Source of the DNA: Anaerolineales bacterium
GTDB taxonomy: Bacteria; Chloroflexota; Anaerolineae; Anaerolineales; Villigracilaceae
Reading direction: 5' to 3'
Length of the DNA: 64,000 bases
Assembly: GCA_020847435.1 (NCBI GenBank)
Contig: JADLBX010000018.1
Location: forward strand, 2,653 to 66,652
The notes under the pieces are model-generated. The model searched no databases. It had not been told where the DNA came from and was given only the letters and a program-made list of their open reading frames with translations. Each line of letters opens with the position of its first letter. Within the stretch, counting starts at the first letter, position 1. A program made the position numbers and the translations under genes. Shown piece after piece: positions 59,038 to 64,000 of the stretch.

Positions 59038-60843
59038 TTAGTCAGCCAGCGATACAACTTGCCATTTCCTCACCGAATTGGCGAGATAAATCTTTGTGCA
59101 ATTTTTCAATTGGTCTTTGTGAATAACTCTTTCCTCCGCTTCTCCCGTTTCAAGTAAATATTCACGGAACGTCCCCGCGAGCAAGCCGCACGCGATCGGC
59201 GGCGTCAACAATTTGCCATCCAATTCGACGACGAGGTTGCCGATAGTGAATTCGGTCAGTTCGCCGCGTTCGTTGAAGAGGAGAACATCGTCATAGTCAG
59301 GAAAATGTTCGCGAGCGTCGTCAAACATTTTTCGATGTGTGGTTTTGTGAAAAAGAAAAACATCAATTGAGTTGATGGGTTTATCCGCCAGCCGAACGCG
59401 CAAGGGATTGCCTGTGGGCTGGAATGGCGTATGTTCGGCGATGATGTTTCCATGTTTGTCTAAAAGCAATCTGACGCGTTGTGGAGATGCGAAGGTAGAT
59501 GCGAATTGATTGAGATGCAATTCGATATTCTCTTTTGCCTCGGAATATTTTGTTGTAGCGCTGTGGTCTCGATACGCCCTTCGCTGGCGCTTCGGGCTAC
59601 TCAACCACCGTTGATTCTTAGAAATTGAAAACCCAAAATACTCTGCCGAATCCAGAAGGCGAGAGATGTGTTTGTCGCGCAAGAAGAATCCATCCTCGGG
59701 AGTCCATAACATGGTTTCGAGCAGGGAAAATTGCGGTGGCGATTCGGTCAGCACACGGGCTTTGAGCAGCGCCTCTTCGTATTCGTCTGCGCTGGTCGAG
59801 TCCCAGACGATGCCGCCGCCGACGCCGTATTCTGCGGTTTGCGTTTCACGGTCTATCAAGGTGGTTCGGATGGCGACGTTGAATTTCGCTTTGCGATTCG
59901 GCGCGATGTAACCAATGCTTCCCGTGTAAATTTTTCGCGGCGTCGTTTCGAGTTCCGAAATAATCCGCATCGTGCTGACCTTTGGCGCGCCTGTGATGGA
60001 CGCGCACGGAAACAGCGCGCTGAAAATTTTCGTGAGTGACGCGTCGGTTTGGGCTTGCACGGTTGATGTCATTTGCCAGAGCGTGGGATATTTTTCGACG
60101 GTGAACAATTCGGGGACATGAACGCTACCCGTCTTTGCGATGCGGCCTAGATCGTTGCGAATCATGTCCACGATCATGACGTTCTCAGCACGGTTCTTCT
60201 CCGATTTTTTCAACCATTCAGCCTGCTCCAAATCTTCGGCGTTTGTGCGCCCCCGACGCGTGGTCCCTTTCATTGGGCGGCAGGCGACTATCTTGCCGTC
60301 GAGTTGAAAGAATAATTCGGGCGACGCGGAAGCGATAACGAATCGTCCTGTGTCAACATACGCGGCGTGGTTGTTTTGCCCCTGTGCGAGATGGAGGAAG
60401 AAATTCCACGCGTCGGCGTTGAATTCAGTTTGGAGTCGCATCGTGTAGTTGACTTGATACGTCCGTCCTTCGGCGATTCGGGCGCGGACCGAATCGATGG
60501 CGGAGTTGTACGCGGCGCGGTCAACGGTGGGGGGCCAGATTAAGGCTGGTTTGGGCGAGGCAGGCTGAGGCAGGGAAAAGAAGCGGGGCTGAGGGTAGAG
60601 TCCAAACCAGAGGAGGGGGAATCCAGACGAAGCGCGGGTTTGATGCGCTTCGTCAAACGCGGGCGCGGACTCGTAACTGAGGAATCCCGCCGCGTAGAGT
60701 CCGTTCGCGTTGACGGCGTCTTCGATCTCGCGCAGGGCGGGCAAGACATCCTGTAGTTGTTCGGCGGCGATCACACGTTGAGGGTTTGCGAAGTGGAGCC
60801 ACGCGTCGCCGTCGCGCAAAATGAGTTCATTTGTTTGTATCAT
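59038..60843 (-). CDS. pabB: Aminodeoxychorismate synthase component I fused to ADC lyase (aminotransferase IV)
   Basis: YQVNYT, SASPELF, PMKGT, AENVMIVDMIRNDLG, SITGAPK; then LLETM, FHKTT, EFTIGN, GLLAGTFR, NSVR. Confidence 0.93.
   Translation of the reverse strand: MIQTNELILRDGDAWLHFANPQRVIAAEQLQDVLPALREIEDAVNANGLYAAGFLSYESAPAFDEAHQTRASSGFPLLWFGLYPQPRFFSLPQPASPKPALIWPPTVDRAAYNSAIDSVRARIAEGRTYQVNYTMRLQTEFNADAWNFFLHLAQGQNNHAAYVDTGRFVIASASPELFFQLDGKIVACRPMKGTTRRGRTNAEDLEQAEWLKKSEKNRAENVMIVDMIRNDLGRIAKTGSVHVPELFTVEKYPTLWQMTSTVQAQTDASLTKIFSALFPCASITGAPKVSTMRIISELETTPRKIYTGSIGYIAPNRKAKFNVAIRTTLIDRETQTAEYGVGGGIVWDSTSADEYEEALLKARVLTESPPQFSLLETMLWTPEDGFFLRDKHISRLLDSAEYFGFSISKNQRWLSSPKRQRRAYRDHSATTKYSEAKENIELHLNQFASTFASPQRVRLLLDKHGNIIAEHTPFQPTGNPLRVRLADKPINSIDVFLFHKTTHRKMFDDAREHFPDYDDVLLFNERGELTEFTIGNLVVELDGKLLTPPIACGLLAGTFREYLLETGEAEERVIHKDQLKNCTKIYLANSVRKWQVVSLAD
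59561..59610 (-). repeat. Family A palindrome inserted in frame in pabB
   Basis: Minus strand cggtggttgagtagcccg...cgtatcgagaccacag; same ends as the intergenic copies at 1441 and 20677. Confidence 0.88.
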
Positions 60844-60894
60844 TCTGCGAATTGTACTCGTTTGAAATGATAGAATTGAAAAAAGGAGAATGAT

Positions 60895-61353
60895 ATGAAA
60901 CACAAATCAGTTTTTCTTGCTCTGGCAGTTTTGATGATGGCGTCGCTGGCGTGTAATGCGTTGAGCGGTGGCGGAGGCGGCGATGCGCCTATTGCACCAA
61001 GCGGAGGTAATGCGCCCGCGACAGTCGCGCCACAGAATAACGACTCAAGCGGCGGTAACGCAGATACATCCGCTTCGGGGTTTCCGATCACATCTGACGC
61101 GTATAACGTGGTTGACTTGGGCGATGGTAATTTGTTGTATTACTCGAAATTGCCACAAAAGGAAATTTTGCAGTTCTATCGCGATGAATACGTTTCGCGT
61201 GGATACACCGAACGCGGGTTGCTTACTACGACCTCAAACGGCGTCTTTAGCATCGTCTTTGATGGCGATCCGAGCGGCAAGGCGGTTGTGATCCAGAGCG
61301 TGGATCTTGGCGATGGAAGTTGTACGGTGGCGATCAGTTTGCAGGACACATAA
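60895..61353 (+). CDS. Hypothetical lipoprotein
   Basis: Signal ending ASLAC, Gly/Ser-rich linker, small globular domain. Confidence 0.75.
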   Translation: MKHKSVFLALAVLMMASLACNALSGGGGGDAPIAPSGGNAPATVAPQNNDSSGGNADTSASGFPITSDAYNVVDLGDGNLLYYSKLPQKEILQFYRDEYVSRGYTERGLLTTTSNGVFSIVFDGDPSGKAVVIQSVDLGDGSCTVAISLQDT

Positions 61354-61370
61354 GTTGATTTGGATTGGAA

Positions 61371-61406
61371 ATGCCGTCGCCGAAAAAAATGGCGATGGCA
61401 TTTTTT
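61371..61406 (+). terminator. Rho-independent terminator
   Basis: atgccgtcgcc...ggcgatggcat followed by a T-run. Confidence 0.75.
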
Positions 61407-61414
61407 GATTTCAC

Positions 61415-61804
61415 ATGAAAAGATTTTGTTTCTTCCGCTGGCTTCCCGCGTTGTTGACGATGGCGGTCATCTTTTGGTTTTCGTCTCAGCCTTCAACTGA
61501 ATTGCCAAGCTTTGGGTTGGTGGATCGAATCATCAAGAAGTCAGGGCATATCTTTGAATACGCGGTATTGGCTTATTGCCTTTGGTACGCGCTTGAGTTT
61601 CGCAAGGATCGCCGCTGGCTTGCGTGGTTGATCGCTTTGTTCTATGCCGCGAGTGATGAATTTCATCAATCATTTGTGCCGGGGAGATTTCCGTCATTGT
61701 GGGATGTGGCAATCTTCGACAACCTCGGTGCATTGATTGGTCTGTGGCTTCGAAGTGGTTTTTGGAAGAAAAGCGATCAGTTGAAAAATCCTGATCGCCA
61801 ATAG
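61415..61804 (+). CDS. VanZ family protein
   Basis: IFWFSSQ, KSGHIFEYAVL, YAASDEFHQSFVPGR. Confidence 0.9.
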   Translation: MKRFCFFRWLPALLTMAVIFWFSSQPSTELPSFGLVDRIIKKSGHIFEYAVLAYCLWYALEFRKDRRWLAWLIALFYAASDEFHQSFVPGRFPSLWDVAIFDNLGALIGLWLRSGFWKKSDQLKNPDRQ

Positions 61805-61840
61805 TCCCCATGTGTGGTTTTCTCAAAGTCGAAAACCTTT

Positions 61841-61920
61841 AACGCGAATGCCTCAAATTTGCGAATGACGCGAATAAATCCTGAAATTCGTGAAATTAGC
61901 CCATTCGCGTAATTCGCGTT
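61841..61920. repeat. Family B-like hairpin between convergent genes
   Basis: aacgcgaatg...gcgaatgacgcgaat ... attcgtgaaattagcccattcgcgtaattcgcgtt. Confidence 0.75.
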
Positions 61921-61954
61921 CCAGAATTGTCGTAATCCCTCAAGTTCTACTTTT

Positions 61955-62725
61955 CTACTCAAACTCCAATTCCAGTTCTTCCTCATCATTCCAATCTGCA
62001 TTGCGGTTGATTTCGATGTCGCTGAATAGCGATTCCTGATGAACGTCAATGCGGTAGCGTTTGATGAGTTCGAGCATCGCCAAAAATGTGACGACGATCT
62101 CGATGCGCGAGGCTCCGCCATCCACCAACGAGCGGAAAGTGGTGCGTTGCACGTCGCGCACGATTCTGGCGATCAAGTCAATCTTTTCACGGATAGTCAC
62201 GCGCGGCGGCGCGATCACGGACGCGAGCGGTTTCTTTTCCTTCTCGCGGGCAAAGGCAACTTCCGCCGCGTTGACCAACTTCTCGAGCGTGAGATTCGAC
62301 ATGTCGAGTTTCGGTTCCACTTTCGGGGGTGGAGCGATTCGCAAATAGGTCCGCAAATTTTCGTCCTGCCGTCCGTTCAGCCAGCCGCCGATCTCTTTGA
62401 AGCGTTTGTACAACTTCAACTGGTCAACGAGCGACGCGCCTGCATCCTCTTCGCCAGCCTCACGCGCGGGCGGTCGCGGCAAAATCGCCTCGGACTTGAT
62501 CTGCAACAACTTCGCCGCAATTACCAAAAACGCCGAAATTTCGTCGGCGTTCAACTCTTCCATGGCGTTGATGTACGCGAGGTATTGGTCGGTCACCAAC
62601 GCAAGCGAGACGGCGGTGATGTCCAATTCGGCGCGCTCGATCAAATCCAGCAGAAGGTCGAGCGGTCCCTCGTACACGGGCGTTTGGACGTTGTAGTTCA
62701 GTTGTCGTCCGAGCAAATTTTCCAT
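61955..62725 (-). CDS. scpA: Segregation and condensation protein A
   Basis: YEGPLDLLLDLI, FLVIAAKLLQIKS, IVVTFLAMLEL. Confidence 0.95.
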   Translation of the reverse strand: MENLLGRQLNYNVQTPVYEGPLDLLLDLIERAELDITAVSLALVTDQYLAYINAMEELNADEISAFLVIAAKLLQIKSEAILPRPPAREAGEEDAGASLVDQLKLYKRFKEIGGWLNGRQDENLRTYLRIAPPPKVEPKLDMSNLTLEKLVNAAEVAFAREKEKKPLASVIAPPRVTIREKIDLIARIVRDVQRTTFRSLVDGGASRIEIVVTFLAMLELIKRYRIDVHQESLFSDIEINRNADWNDEEELELEFE

Positions 62726-62748
62726 GAGGCTTGAATTATAATCTACGC

Positions 62749-63231
62749 ATGTCCAATCAACTATCGCATCTCGACGAGCGTGGGCGTGTGAAAATGGTGG
62801 ATGTCGGCGATAAGCCCGACACCGAACGCGTCGCGGTCGCGCGCGGCGAAATCCACATGAAAAAAGAGACGCTGGATTTAATCCGCGCGGGGCAGATGAA
62901 AAAAGGGGATGTGCTCACCGTCGCGCAGATCGCGGGCATCGCCGCTTCAAAACGGACCTCCGACCTGATTCCCCTTTGTCATCCTCTCCCACTCTCGAAA
63001 GTGGACGTGGACCTCGCGCTGGACGATTCTTTGCCTGGGGTTGTCATCACCGCCACCGTGAAAACTGTCGGCAAGACGGGCGTCGAAATGGAAGCGCTGA
63101 CCGCCGTCTCGGTCGCCGCGCTCACGGTCTACGATATGGCGAAAGCGGCGGAGAAGACGATGCGGATTCAAAACATCCGCTTGGTTGAAAAACGCGGCGG
63201 ACAATCTGGCGATGTGGTGAATGAGGCGTAG
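62749..63231 (+). CDS. moaC: Cyclic pyranopterin monophosphate synthase
   Basis: [39 protein letters not shown]. Confidence 0.96.
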   Translation: MSNQLSHLDERGRVKMVDVGDKPDTERVAVARGEIHMKKETLDLIRAGQMKKGDVLTVAQIAGIAASKRTSDLIPLCHPLPLSKVDVDLALDDSLPGVVITATVKTVGKTGVEMEALTAVSVAALTVYDMAKAAEKTMRIQNIRLVEKRGGQSGDVVNEA

Positions 63232-63280
63232 GCAGGTAGACACGGAAACACGTAGACAGGTAAATACGTAGACAGGTAAA
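63228..63280 (+). repeat. Tandem octamer repeat (GTAGACAG-like, ~6 units)
   Basis: gtaggcag gtagacac ggaaacac gtagacag gtaaatac gtagacag gtaaa. Confidence 0.75.
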
Positions 63281-63287
63281 AAATGAG

Positions 63288-63659
63288 ATGCCCATGAAGT
63301 ACGACTCGATAAACCTTCAAAATAAATTATCCAAATTTTCCGAGCATTGGTCGCCGAAGATCGTGGCGCAGATGAACGATTATCAATTCAAGGTTGTGAA
63401 GGCGCAGGGAGAATTTGATTGGCACAGCCATCCCGAGACGGATGAGGTCTTTCTTGTGTTGCACGGAACGCTCGACATCCATTTTCGAGCGGGACATGTC
63501 GCGTTGAACGAAGGCGAGATGTATGTTGTTCCAAAAGGCGTGGAGCATAAGCCTGTCGCTAACGAGGAGTGTCACATTTTACTGGTCGAGCCAGCGGGTA
63601 CGGTTAACACGGGCGATGTCGTCAGTGAGAAGACCGCGCCGAACGATGTTTGGATTTAG
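63288..63659 (+). CDS. Cupin domain protein
   Basis: [33 protein letters not shown]. Confidence 0.9.
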   Translation: MPMKYDSINLQNKLSKFSEHWSPKIVAQMNDYQFKVVKAQGEFDWHSHPETDEVFLVLHGTLDIHFRAGHVALNEGEMYVVPKGVEHKPVANEECHILLVEPAGTVNTGDVVSEKTAPNDVWI

Positions 63660-63664
63660 AGACT

Positions 63665-63913
63665 ATGAACCATATCAAATTGTTGTTCTTTGCTACTGTC
63701 CGTGAGCGGATGGGCGTTAAATCGCTGGATTTGGAACTCCCAGCCGAAGCGACGATAGGCGATTTGAAAGTGAATCTTTCGGAGAAATATCCGAAAATAA
63801 AAGATTCTCTGAAGAGCGTGTTGGTGACGATCAATCGCGAATATGCCTTCGACGAGGCAATCATCCCGTCGAAGGCTGAGATTGGTGTGTTTCCTCCCGT
63901 GTCGGGCGGATGA
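63665..63913 (+). CDS. moaD: Molybdopterin synthase sulfur carrier
   Basis: LFFA..RE, C-terminal FPPVSGG. Confidence 0.94.
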   Translation: MNHIKLLFFATVRERMGVKSLDLELPAEATIGDLKVNLSEKYPKIKDSLKSVLVTINREYAFDEAIIPSKAEIGVFPPVSGG

Positions 63914-64000
63914 CTTTCAATATGCAACCTTCCAGCTTGCCAACTGTATTTTCTATAACCGAAGACGAAATAGACTTGAACGACCTGCTCGCGCGGATTA
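63910..64000 (+). CDS. moaE: Probable MoaE N-terminus (3'-truncated by window)
   Basis: ATGA overlap with moaD; ...TVFSITEDEIDLNDLLARI resembles the start of MoaE. Confidence 0.6.
   Translation, partial: MTFNMQPSSLPTVFSITEDEIDLNDLLARI

Noticed and set aside
61955-62725. scpA without adjacent scpB, and sugar ABC locus without an ATPase
   Set aside because: Both are common; the partners are often encoded elsewhere (for example a shared MsmX-type ATPase).
63228-63280. Short direct repeats as a possible CRISPR array
   Set aside because: Units are 8 nt with no unique spacers, and there are no cas genes.

Overview
64 kb of core bacterial chromosome, most likely a Chloroflexota/Anaerolineae genome. 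This assignment is inferred from the monoderm-type Tad locus without a secretin, a T-box-regulated type-2 IleRS, a DegS/DegU-like pair and Anaerolineae-style lipoprotein signals. Gene order: DMT transporter (partial), DAG-kinase-family lipid kinase, GNAT, three coupled GT-C-type membrane glycosyltransferases, degU/degS-like two-component system, flp-cpaB-cpaE-cpaF-tadB-tadC-comF-hpf, a pterin cluster (folE, folK, folB, folM-like) with a divergent phenylalanine-hydroxylase-like gene, lgt-like, TlpA, a tkt-rpiB-tal/pgi operon interleaved with two toxin-antitoxin pairs and phhB, GH36, T-box-ileS, pcs-like, yqeC-mocA fusion, two conserved-looking hypotheticals, tRNA-Arg(UCU), hsp20-lon, mog, efp, fabF-fabH, tatA, mgtC, yyaL, a Grx-TrxR fusion, a LacI/ABC/GH65/pgmB sugar locus, pabB-pabC fusion, vanZ, scpA and moaC-cupin-moaD-moaE. 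No transposase, integrase, prophage, rRNA or CRISPR array is visible. The most striking signal outside the gene list is several families of short palindromic REP/REPIN-like elements. They occur as intergenic and nested copies, and also as in-frame insertions translated inside housekeeping enzymes (PabB/C, Tal-Pgi, DAG kinase, YyaL, Tkt). Other highlights: a DegSU-Tad-ComF-HPF block suggesting Flp-pilus-based competence, an atypical PhhA/pterin module, and a predicted wHTH/B3-like DNA-binding protein pair. All calls come from motif reading; no database searches were run.
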